From Candidatus Aenigmatarchaeota archaeon (GTDB taxonomy: Archaea; Aenigmatarchaeota; Aenigmatarchaeia; GW2011-AR5; JAGGXF01), in assembly GCA_021157845.1 (NCBI GenBank), contig JAGGVU010000006.1:4070-68069 (forward strand): DNA of 64,000 nt, read 5' to 3'. How positions within the stretch are numbered: the first letter of the stretch is position 1; each line of letters opens with the position of its first letter. The translations under genes and the position numbers were made by a program. Positions 23,923 through 31,219 of this stretch are shown here, piece after piece. Below the pieces are notes generated by a model. That model was not told the DNA's origin, ran no database searches, and saw only the letters and a program-made list of their open reading frames with translations.

Positions 23923-24807
23923 TTAAGCTATTTCGTCAGCGATGAAATCTATTATCCGTTTCGTAATGTTTGTGTGTGCAACCTTTTGTATGCCTTTTAT
24001 GCCAGGATTAAGATTAATCTCTATAACCTTTGGGCCATCTTTCGTTTCTATCATATCTATTGCTATGATATCGCTGTTGGATGCTGCTGCTGCTCTTAGT
24101 GCTATATCTTTTAATTCACCTGTTATCGTATAATACGATGCCTTTCCACCTGAAAATAAGTTTGACCTGAAGTCACCTTTTTTTGCCTTTCTTTTCATTC
24201 CAGCAACAATTTCTCCACCAACAATAAACGCCCGTATATCTTCACCAGAACTCTCTAAAAATTCTTCTATAATTATCTGTCTATCCATAAGTTTTAGTGT
24301 TTCAATAACAGATAAGGCAGATTCTTTATCTTCAGCCAGCATTACGCCTCTTCCACCAAACCCGTCAACTAATTTAATAATAACCGGATATTTAACATTA
24401 TCTAAAAGTTTTTTTGATGTCTCCTTTGAAGTTACCATATATGTTTCTGGCACTGGCACATCTGCCTTTTTCATCTGCTCAAGGCTATAGAACTTATTAT
24501 GTGCAATTAAGATTGCCTGTGCAGAATATGGCTTATTCATGCCTATTAAATCCATAAAGCGTATCACATGAAATCCATACTGGGCTCTTAAAGCATCTAT
24601 ACGCGGAAGACAATAATCAAAGTCCTTCAAATCAATACCATTATAATTCATAACATAGTCTTTTCCGAGCTTCAAAACTATTTGATTAACTGGTGCATAA
24701 AGCACATTGGAAAATTTTTCTTTTGCCTCTTTTATTAACATCTCTGTCGAAGGACCCGGCTTTTCTGCACCAATTATTAACAATTTTTTTTCTAACATAT
24801 TTATCAT
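23923..24807 (-). CDS. rimK: RimK-family ATP-grasp ligase (alpha-L-glutamate ligase-like)
   Basis: ATP-grasp motifs (IIKLVDGFGGRGVMLAE, ...EINLNPG) and overall RimK/LysX-like length and architecture. Confidence 0.8.
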   Translation of the reverse strand: MINMLEKKLLIIGAEKPGPSTEMLIKEAKEKFSNVLYAPVNQIVLKLGKDYVMNYNGIDLKDFDYCLPRIDALRAQYGFHVIRFMDLIGMNKPYSAQAILIAHNKFYSLEQMKKADVPVPETYMVTSKETSKKLLDNVKYPVIIKLVDGFGGRGVMLAEDKESALSVIETLKLMDRQIIIEEFLESSGEDIRAFIVGGEIVAGMKRKAKKGDFRSNLFSGGKASYYTITGELKDIALRAAAASNSDIIAIDMIETKDGPKVIEINLNPGIKGIQKVAHTNITKRIIDFIADEIA

Positions 24808-24810
24808 TTG

Positions 24811-25179
24811 TTACTTTAATGCCTCTTCCTTATAGCTTTTATGGGATTTCGCAACATCTATAATGAAATTTGAGTGTATTATCCGCCTTCCTATTAAAAA
24901 TTTATATTTCATATTACGCCTGTCCTCTACACTAGCCCTGGTTTTAAATTTTTTCTTCCCTATTTGCAAAATTAAAGATACGACTGGCCGCTTCCTAGGC
25001 TTGCGAACAGATGCATTCTTTATCCTTACAACTGATTTTGGTGTAAGATTCAGTCTTGTTGCCAATTTTTTGTCTATCGAATTTCCAGATGCACCTGTAT
25101 CAAACTTGGCCATTACCCTTATAGATTTATTTTTGCCAATTATTTTAACCGGCTCGACAAGGCCGACAACCTTTTTCAT
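24811..25179 (-). CDS. Retropepsin-like aspartic protease of the family usually annotated 'ATP-dependent zinc protease' (RimK-associated)
   Basis: FDTGASGNSID aspartic-protease motif; about 120 aa, immediately downstream of rimK with a 3-nt spacing. Confidence 0.65.
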   Translation of the reverse strand: MKKVVGLVEPVKIIGKNKSIRVMAKFDTGASGNSIDKKLATRLNLTPKSVVRIKNASVRKPRKRPVVSLILQIGKKKFKTRASVEDRRNMKYKFLIGRRIIHSNFIIDVAKSHKSYKEEALK

Positions 25180-25298
25180 AAACTCATCTCAACAACACTC
25201 ATACTGATAGGCATTTTATAAGATTTAAAACGTTTCAGTAGGCTGATACACTTCCAAAATACAGTTTTCCAAACACCGCCCAGATTTATAATTTCTGA

Positions 25299-26309
25299 TT
25301 AAGATGATAAAAAATCATACACCGCCTTTTGCATTCCAGCTGTCTTGTATTTTTTATATTTATCAATGGTCTTGAGAATATATAATATTATCTCTGCTCC
25401 TTTTTTAGGATAATATTCGTTTATAAAAGCATCTGACTCGATTTGCAAAACGATTGGATTTCCCTTTAAAATAAACCTTTTGGGTGCAAAAGAAACCGAG
25501 CCTGAAAAAATGCGCTCAACTGTTATTTTTGGGCTACCTATGTTTTTCATTGTATTTTTAACAGCTCTTAAAAAATTATTTTTTGTAAAATTGGACCGCA
25601 TTTCTTCAAAATATTTTTTTTCTGCGTTCTTTTTTATTATATTTACCTCTTTTGATAAAATCCATGAATATTTTTTCTTGACATCAGCCAAAGATGACTG
25701 CTTCAATTCAAGGGAAGATAAAATTTGTTGCTCTCTGTTTATTATTTCAAGTTGAAAGTTTTTTGCTATTTTTCTAAAAAAAAGATTATACTTTTTATTG
25801 GCAATGCCTATTATTTTTTTCAGCACCTTTTTATCTATCCCAATACCATTAAATGTTATAAAATCCATTATGCTTGGATAATTTTTCAGAAGTGCAAACT
25901 TTCTATGAATTATTACAAATATATTGCCACTTGACTTAGCGCTGGACCAAAAGTTTGAATAGATTTTCTTTTTTTTATTATAATCAGCATCACTTTTTGC
26001 AACCCAGGCATATTTTGACAAATATGCCTTTGATATGGCATTTGGGTTCATTTGTATTTTTTTCCACATGCTCAATGCTTCCTGCTTTGGAGGGATATCT
26101 CTGTTCAGGTCTATCCCGTAAAATGGGTCACGCGGCATATTAGAAATTAGAAGCGAGCCGTTCATCTTTTCAAAACAGAAAGAAGCTACCCTATCTGCTC
26201 CGTCATCTCTCCCCTCACCGCCCAACGCTGGACCAGAGTGCGGAACAATAAATACAGGGCCTTCTCCCTTTTTATATATACTAAAGCCCGGCCTGAATGC
26301 GAAATACAT
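25299..26309 (-). CDS. Hypothetical protein (336 aa) with an N-terminal PHSG..GGEGRDDGADRVA motif and a Lys-rich C-terminal half; possibly an amidohydrolase-like enzyme
   Basis: ORF only; weak motif resemblance. Confidence 0.4.
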   Translation of the reverse strand: MYFAFRPGFSIYKKGEGPVFIVPHSGPALGGEGRDDGADRVASFCFEKMNGSLLISNMPRDPFYGIDLNRDIPPKQEALSMWKKIQMNPNAISKAYLSKYAWVAKSDADYNKKKKIYSNFWSSAKSSGNIFVIIHRKFALLKNYPSIMDFITFNGIGIDKKVLKKIIGIANKKYNLFFRKIAKNFQLEIINREQQILSSLELKQSSLADVKKKYSWILSKEVNIIKKNAEKKYFEEMRSNFTKNNFLRAVKNTMKNIGSPKITVERIFSGSVSFAPKRFILKGNPIVLQIESDAFINEYYPKKGAEIILYILKTIDKYKKYKTAGMQKAVYDFLSS

Positions 26310-26477
26310 GATTAATTATTGAAGTCTGGAGAATAAAAAATTAGTGGGGCCAGGAGGATTTTCACCAACCTTTTCTTTGATATTAAGTTTCTTTTCGAAA
26401 GGGTTGGGTTTGAACCCCCATTAACAGGTTTCTTCTTTTTCATCTGGTCGTCAGACCATCAACGCTCCAGTCAGATT

Positions 26478-26600
26478 GACGCTTTTTTTAAAAAGGGTCA
26501 ATAGTTTTTTTTGTTGTTTTTCCGTTGACGCTTTTTTTTAAAAAGGGTCAATAGTTTTTTTTGTTGTTTTTCCGTTGACGCTTTTTTTTAAAAAGGGTCA
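26478..26600. repeat. Tandem direct repeat, ~50-bp unit x 2.5 (family A: GACGCTTTTTTT(T)AAAAAGGGTCAATAGTTTTTTTTGTTGTTTTTCCGTT)
   Basis: Near-identical copies at about 26478-26527, 26528-26577 and a partial copy to about 26600; they differ by one T in a T7/T8 run. Confidence 0.9.
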
Positions 26601-26643
26601 GCTGGAGCCTGCCATCCATCTATCCCTTTAAGCTTTTTCACGC

Positions 26644-26764
26644 GTTAGCAAAAAGGGTTTTGTGCTTAGTTCGTTTTTCCGTTAACGCTTTTTGCATTAG
26701 CAAAAAGGGTTTTGTGCTTAGTTCGTTTTTCCGTTAACGCTTTTTGCATTAGCAAAAAGGGTTA
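26644..26764. repeat. Tandem direct repeat, 52-bp unit x 2.3 (family B: TTAGCAAAAAGGGTTTTGTGCTTAGTTCGTTTTTCCGTTAACGCTTTTTGCA), related to family A
   Basis: Identical copies at about 26645-26696 and 26697-26748 plus a partial third. Shares the CCGTT[GA]ACGCTTTTT...AAAAAGGGT core with family A. Confidence 0.9.
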
Positions 26765-26831
26765 CCAGGTTAGATTATGGCCCCACGTTAACAAATATGT
26801 AAAAGAAATATTTATATAACTTTATTGACAT

Positions 26832-27911
26832 TCATATAACTTTTATAAGGTCTGTACCGGGCTTTTCTCCAATTTTAGGAATTTTAAATAATCTATCTAC
26901 AGATGGCTTTTTTTTCATTCTATCTTCTAAATCCCTTTTATTTTTAGCCTCAATTCTATTAATATAGTATAGATAATCCCAGAGAAGCGATTCCTGATTG
27001 TACTCTGGCAGTGGCTCTTTTCCCCTTTTACCTGTTTTCAAAACATTAAATCTGAGCTTGTCTGCGTAGTCAACACACTCCTTTGTGGGATATAAAAATA
27101 TTGGCGCAGAAATAAATTTTTTATCTTCCTCTTTAAGTGATTGATAAAAAATTTCATGCTCTGCAGCAACAATATGCTTGCAGTTGACAAATGGGTATCT
27201 TCTCTGCCTGTGGTTTATGTGCCAGAAATATCTTGAGCTTTCGCACGGACAAAGGCCGTGAAAATCAACTGAATAATCATAAATATCCAGCCCATATTCA
27301 TCTTTGTTTCCTCCAGCTTCTGCATCAGATGATATAATTGGCTGGGATAATATTGCTAACAAAAAAGTCCGTTCACCTGAATCTGAAGGAACTTCTGCAA
27401 CGAATTCATGTGTACATTCTTTAAAAGTGTTTATTGTGATTTTTTCATCTGTTAAATCTGAGTTAAAAAATTCGTATAATTCTGCTCCTTTTATTAGATA
27501 AGAAAGTGTGTTAACAACATAACATTTATAGCTGGATTGATGGCCAAACATAGAATAAACCCGTCTCTTTTCAGATTTCTCAAAATCCTTTAGATTATTC
27601 CTAACCAAATGGGACAGATAGTTTCTTATCGGCCCATTTTTATCACGAACCTTAACATTCCTTTTCTTTCCCTTGGTTTTCCATTTTTCCGGTGTTATTT
27701 TATTTAAAGCTCTTTCTAAAAAACTCTTTGGAACAAATTCATAATCTTTTGGTACTACAAAAAATTCATCTTCCTCTAGTTCAGATATGACTTTTACAAT
27801 ATTCCTTGGTATTGGGTTATCTATATCTATTTTTTCTTTGCCTTCCTTTATCTGACTAACATTCCAAGGCTCAAACCATTTTTCTCTTGGCAAATCTGTA
27901 TCTATTATCAT
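26832..27911 (-). CDS. Hypothetical protein with a SWIM-type zinc-finger-like motif (CxC-x20-CxH)
   Basis: GLCPCESSRYFWHINHRQRRYPFVNCKHIVAAEH; no other recognisable domain. Confidence 0.45.
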   Translation of the reverse strand: MIIDTDLPREKWFEPWNVSQIKEGKEKIDIDNPIPRNIVKVISELEEDEFFVVPKDYEFVPKSFLERALNKITPEKWKTKGKKRNVKVRDKNGPIRNYLSHLVRNNLKDFEKSEKRRVYSMFGHQSSYKCYVVNTLSYLIKGAELYEFFNSDLTDEKITINTFKECTHEFVAEVPSDSGERTFLLAILSQPIISSDAEAGGNKDEYGLDIYDYSVDFHGLCPCESSRYFWHINHRQRRYPFVNCKHIVAAEHEIFYQSLKEEDKKFISAPIFLYPTKECVDYADKLRFNVLKTGKRGKEPLPEYNQESLLWDYLYYINRIEAKNKRDLEDRMKKKPSVDRLFKIPKIGEKPGTDLIKVI

Positions 27912-27941
27912 AATAGTTAATTGGAAGAAAATCTTTTATTC

Positions 27942-28469
27942 TTACCATGGAACGTCTTTTATGCGAGAATAATAGGCAAAAAGGTTTGTAAGCCAGTGCA
28001 ATATTGGAGTTATTATAACTAAAATCAATATGTTTACAGAGCTTAGTTTATAGACAATGGATACAAAAACAAGTGCTCCTACCAAAAAATCTAACTGGTC
28101 CAGCAATGGTGCAGGTCTTCCACGGTCAATCCTGAATCTTCTTTTCAGAAATGAGCCAGCTATATCACCAACTACAGCACCGCTGCTTAAAAGAAAAATT
28201 ACGCTGTATGTTGGCGGTATAAGGGTTAGGCCAAAAAAGCTCTGAAAATCACTGAAAAAATACATCTGAATCAGCCCACATAAGCAACCAAAAACTATTC
28301 CACCAATAGCACCTTCTATTGTCTTCCCGTCTCCAAGAATTCGCGCTTTTTTCAACTTTTTTTTAAAATCAATGGGATGCCTCCCTCTTAAAAGCGGAGG
28401 AGAAGCATTTGCAATGTAAGCTGGGAGTATAAACCAAAGTGCTCTAACCAATTCAGCATACGTAAACAT
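27942..28469 (-). CDS. carS: CDP-archaeol synthase (CarS)
   Basis: About 170-aa, 5-TM protein with the CarS motif GDIAGSFLKRRFRIDRG...LDQLDF. Confidence 0.7.
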   Translation of the reverse strand: MFTYAELVRALWFILPAYIANASPPLLRGRHPIDFKKKLKKARILGDGKTIEGAIGGIVFGCLCGLIQMYFFSDFQSFFGLTLIPPTYSVIFLLSSGAVVGDIAGSFLKRRFRIDRGRPAPLLDQLDFLVGALVFVSIVYKLSSVNILILVIITPILHWLTNLFAYYSRIKDVPW

Positions 28470-28582
28470 TCTAACACCATTTTATCTAATTAAACGGTCT
28501 TAAATTTAATAAGCTTAATAGGTTATAAGTATAAAAATGAATAGCCACATGATTATAAAAATGTTTTGTTAAATAAGAATTC

Positions 28583-29059
28583 ATGGCTTTTCAATTTTTA
28601 ACAGGCCCAATTCTCCAAACAACCGGGTATCTCAGCCTGATTATAATCAATTTTATTGGCTGTGCCTCAATAATCTTTCCTGTACCAAATTTTCTAAGTG
28701 TATTTACAATGGGCGCTGTTATGAACCCGTTCCTGGTTGCGTTATTTTCCTCAATAGGCGCAGCTTTTGGTGAACTGATTGGATATGGCGTTGGATATGG
28801 CGGTAAAAGGGTCATAAAAAGAGGTGATAAATACATCAAACGTGCCAAAAGATGGATGAAAGAACACAGCGGTTTCTTAGTGATAATTATATTTTCAGCA
28901 ACGCCTCTGCCGACAGATATTATTGGAATCTTGTGCGGCGCAATGAAATATGATATAAAGAAATTTTTCCTAGCTGTCTGGATTGGCCGGTTTTTGATGT
29001 ATTTAGTCCTTGCATATGCCGGATATTACGGAATAACGTGGGTGACTAAGATTATATGA
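28583..29059 (+). CDS. DedA/VTT-domain (SNARE-associated) membrane protein
   Basis: DedA-like pattern with TM helices and a GYGVGYGGKR loop. Confidence 0.6.
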   Translation: MAFQFLTGPILQTTGYLSLIIINFIGCASIIFPVPNFLSVFTMGAVMNPFLVALFSSIGAAFGELIGYGVGYGGKRVIKRGDKYIKRAKRWMKEHSGFLVIIIFSATPLPTDIIGILCGAMKYDIKKFFLAVWIGRFLMYLVLAYAGYYGITWVTKII

Positions 29060-29493
29060 CAAGCAGGAAAAAAATAATTGTGAAAGAAGTTCCTATAGAA
29101 GAAGTTGTGAAGGTTAATAGAACAATAAAAGAATTTGAGCCATATGAGAAAGAATACTTTGAGAAGAATGTTTTGAGATTAGTCATCGTTGCTTATGTAG
29201 GTGGACAGCCAGCAGGGTATATTGTTGGTTATGACAAATTTAAGGATGGCTCTTTCTACTGCTGGATGGCTGGTGTAAATCCAAAATTCAGAAGAATGGG
29301 CGTGATGAAAGCACTAATGTCTTATCAGGAAAAATGGGCCAAAAAGAATGGTTATAATAAAATAAAAATAAAAACAAGAAATAACAGAAGAGAGATGCTT
29401 TCATATCTGATCAAATATGGATTTTATATAATCGGCCTGACTAAATATCCAGATGTCAAAGATAATAAAATTCTTTTTGAGCGAAGTATTTAA
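29056..29493 (+). CDS. GNAT-family N-acetyltransferase
   Basis: Acetyl-CoA binding motif (NPKFRRMGVMKALM) and GNAT fold length; ATGA overlap with the upstream gene. Confidence 0.65.
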   Translation: MTSRKKIIVKEVPIEEVVKVNRTIKEFEPYEKEYFEKNVLRLVIVAYVGGQPAGYIVGYDKFKDGSFYCWMAGVNPKFRRMGVMKALMSYQEKWAKKNGYNKIKIKTRNNRREMLSYLIKYGFYIIGLTKYPDVKDNKILFERSI

Positions 29494-29532
29494 GACAATT
29501 TTTAAATTTATCTATTTGATATATTTAATTAT

Positions 29533-29754
29533 GCCCCCATAGTGTAGTTAACCCCTTTCTGCTTGTGCAAAAGCGGAAAAATCTAAAATGGATAGCACGA
29601 GAGGTTGCGGTGAACCTTTTTAGAAAGCTTCAATGGAAAAATTCAAAGGATTGGTAGAAACCTCTTATCTCGGGTTCAAATGAACCTTTTTAGAAAAAAG
29701 CTTCAATGTAAAAAAATATTATGTGAAAAGGCTCTGAAATTCCCGATGGGGGCA
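29533..29754 (+). tRNA. tRNA-Arg (anticodon GCG) with three introns (D-loop, anticodon loop, T-loop)
   Basis: GCCCCCA-TA-GTGT-AG[intron]TGGATA-GCAC-G-AGAGG-TTGCGGT[intron 29612-29660]CCTCT-TATC-TCGGG-TTCAAAT[intron 29682-29741]CCCGA-TGGGGGC-A. The anticodon-loop and T-loop introns share a 30-nt sequence (GAACCTTTTTAGAAA(AAA)GCTTCAATG.AAAAA). Confidence 0.65.
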
Positions 29755-29784
29755 TTCTTTTAAGTCTATGGCATATAATTAATA

Positions 29785-31071
29785 ATGGTGTCTATGATGA
29801 CACAAATCCAAAATGCTATAGACAAAAAAACAACAAAAGAAATGGAACAAGTTGCAAGAGATGAAAATATTGATGTTTCTTCTTTGAGAAAAAAAGTAGC
29901 AGAAGGGAAAATTGTTATCCCAGCCAATGTTAAGCACAAGAACTTAAGGCCTATTGGAATTGGTCTTGGCCTGAAAGTGAAGGTTAATGCGAACATTGGC
30001 ACATCTCCAGTAAAATCTGATTTAGAAACAGAACTAAAGAAATTAAAAGTTGCCACAGACGCAGGTGCTGACACAATAATGGACTTGAGCACTGGTGGAG
30101 ATTTAGATAAAATAAGAAAAGAAATAATTAAAAATTGTAATATTCCATTAGGCACTGTTCCAATATATCAGACAGCAGCGGAAGTTGGAAAAATAGAAGA
30201 TATGAATATAGATAATTACTTAAAAGTATTTGAAAAACATGCCAAAAGTGGTGTTGATTTTGCAACAGTTCACGCAGGAGTAACAGAAAAAGCATTTCCA
30301 TTAATTAAAAACAGAGTAATGAGTTGTGTTAGCAGAGGCGGATCATTTCTACTAGCATGGATGGAGAGGCATAAAAAAGAAAATTTCCTGTATGAGCATT
30401 TTGACGAAATCTTGGATATCGCCAAAAAATATGATATCACCTTAAGTTTAGGAGATGGGTTAAGACCAGGCTGTCTTGCTGATGCAACTGATAAGGCCCA
30501 AATTCAAGAACTTAAAATTTTAGGAAAATTGGGCCAGAAAGCAAGAAAAAAAGGAGTTCAGGTGATGATTGAAGGGCCGGGCCACATACCATTGAATGAA
30601 ATTGAAAAAAATGTTAAACTGGAGAAAAAATACTGTAATGGTGCACCATTTTATGTTTTAGGGCCGTTGCCCACAGATATTGCTGTGGGATATGACCATA
30701 TTGCCGGTGCGATTGGTGGAGCACTGGCTGCATGGAAAGGAGCAGATTTCCTTTGTTATTTAACACCTAAAGAACATGTAGGATTGCCAGATATCGACGA
30801 CGTAAGAGACGGTGTTATAATAACAAAAATTGCTGCTCATGTCGCGGATATTGCCAGAGGATATGAAGAAGCAATTTTGAGAGATAATGAGATGGCGAAA
30901 GCAAGAGAAAAAATTAATTGGGATGAAATGCTAAAATATGCGATTGACAAAAAAAGGTTTGTTGAATTGAGAAGAGAAGAATGTGAAAAAAATCCTCAGC
31001 TTGAAAATGTAAAATATTGTTCCATGTGCGGGCCATTCTGCGTTTTTAAGGTTTATAAAAGGAAAAAATAA
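29785..31071 (+). CDS. thiC: Phosphomethylpyrimidine synthase ThiC (radical SAM, thiamine biosynthesis)
   Basis: ThiC signatures (VNANIGTSP, TIMDLSTGG, MIEGPGHIP) and the C-terminal CSMCGPFC cluster motif. Confidence 0.85.
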   Translation: MVSMMTQIQNAIDKKTTKEMEQVARDENIDVSSLRKKVAEGKIVIPANVKHKNLRPIGIGLGLKVKVNANIGTSPVKSDLETELKKLKVATDAGADTIMDLSTGGDLDKIRKEIIKNCNIPLGTVPIYQTAAEVGKIEDMNIDNYLKVFEKHAKSGVDFATVHAGVTEKAFPLIKNRVMSCVSRGGSFLLAWMERHKKENFLYEHFDEILDIAKKYDITLSLGDGLRPGCLADATDKAQIQELKILGKLGQKARKKGVQVMIEGPGHIPLNEIEKNVKLEKKYCNGAPFYVLGPLPTDIAVGYDHIAGAIGGALAAWKGADFLCYLTPKEHVGLPDIDDVRDGVIITKIAAHVADIARGYEEAILRDNEMAKAREKINWDEMLKYAIDKKRFVELRREECEKNPQLENVKYCSMCGPFCVFKVYKRKK

Positions 31072-31219
31072 TCCCTGATATGTCCTATATTTATATAATT
31101 TGATTTAGAGCCTCTTTATCAAGATTCGTATCATATCAGCCAACAACTTTTGCTATTGAGTGAAAAATATTTTAGCGTCTTCTTATCGCGCCATTTCTAG
31201 TTTCAGACAAATAAAAAAC

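Larger units (their letters stand above)
26345..26786 (-). tRNA. Atypical tRNA-like gene (about 442 bp). Clear 7-bp acceptor stem (GGGGCCA/TGGCCCC) and T-arm with a T-loop intron; long internal insert with two tandem-repeat blocks. Anticodon not resolved; possibly split or multi-intron.
   Basis: On the minus strand the 3' end reads GGGGG-TTCAAAC-[intron CCAACCCTTTCG...GGTGAAAAT]-CCTCC-TGGCCCC-A. The exact complement GGGGCCA lies at 26780-26786, followed by TA-ATCT-AA. The T-loop intron belongs to the family seen in the other tRNAs. Confidence 0.45.

Noticed and set aside
26478-26764. Possible CRISPR array
   Set aside because: The units are about 50-52 bp and whole units, including the would-be spacers, are identical between copies. 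There are no unique spacers, and no cas genes or leader-like sequence in the window.
29500-29784. TPP riboswitch upstream of thiC
   Set aside because: The structured region folds convincingly as an intron-containing tRNA-Arg (acceptor, D, anticodon and T arms all present). No CUGAGA/ACCUGAUCUGGAUAAUGCCAGCG-type TPP consensus was found.
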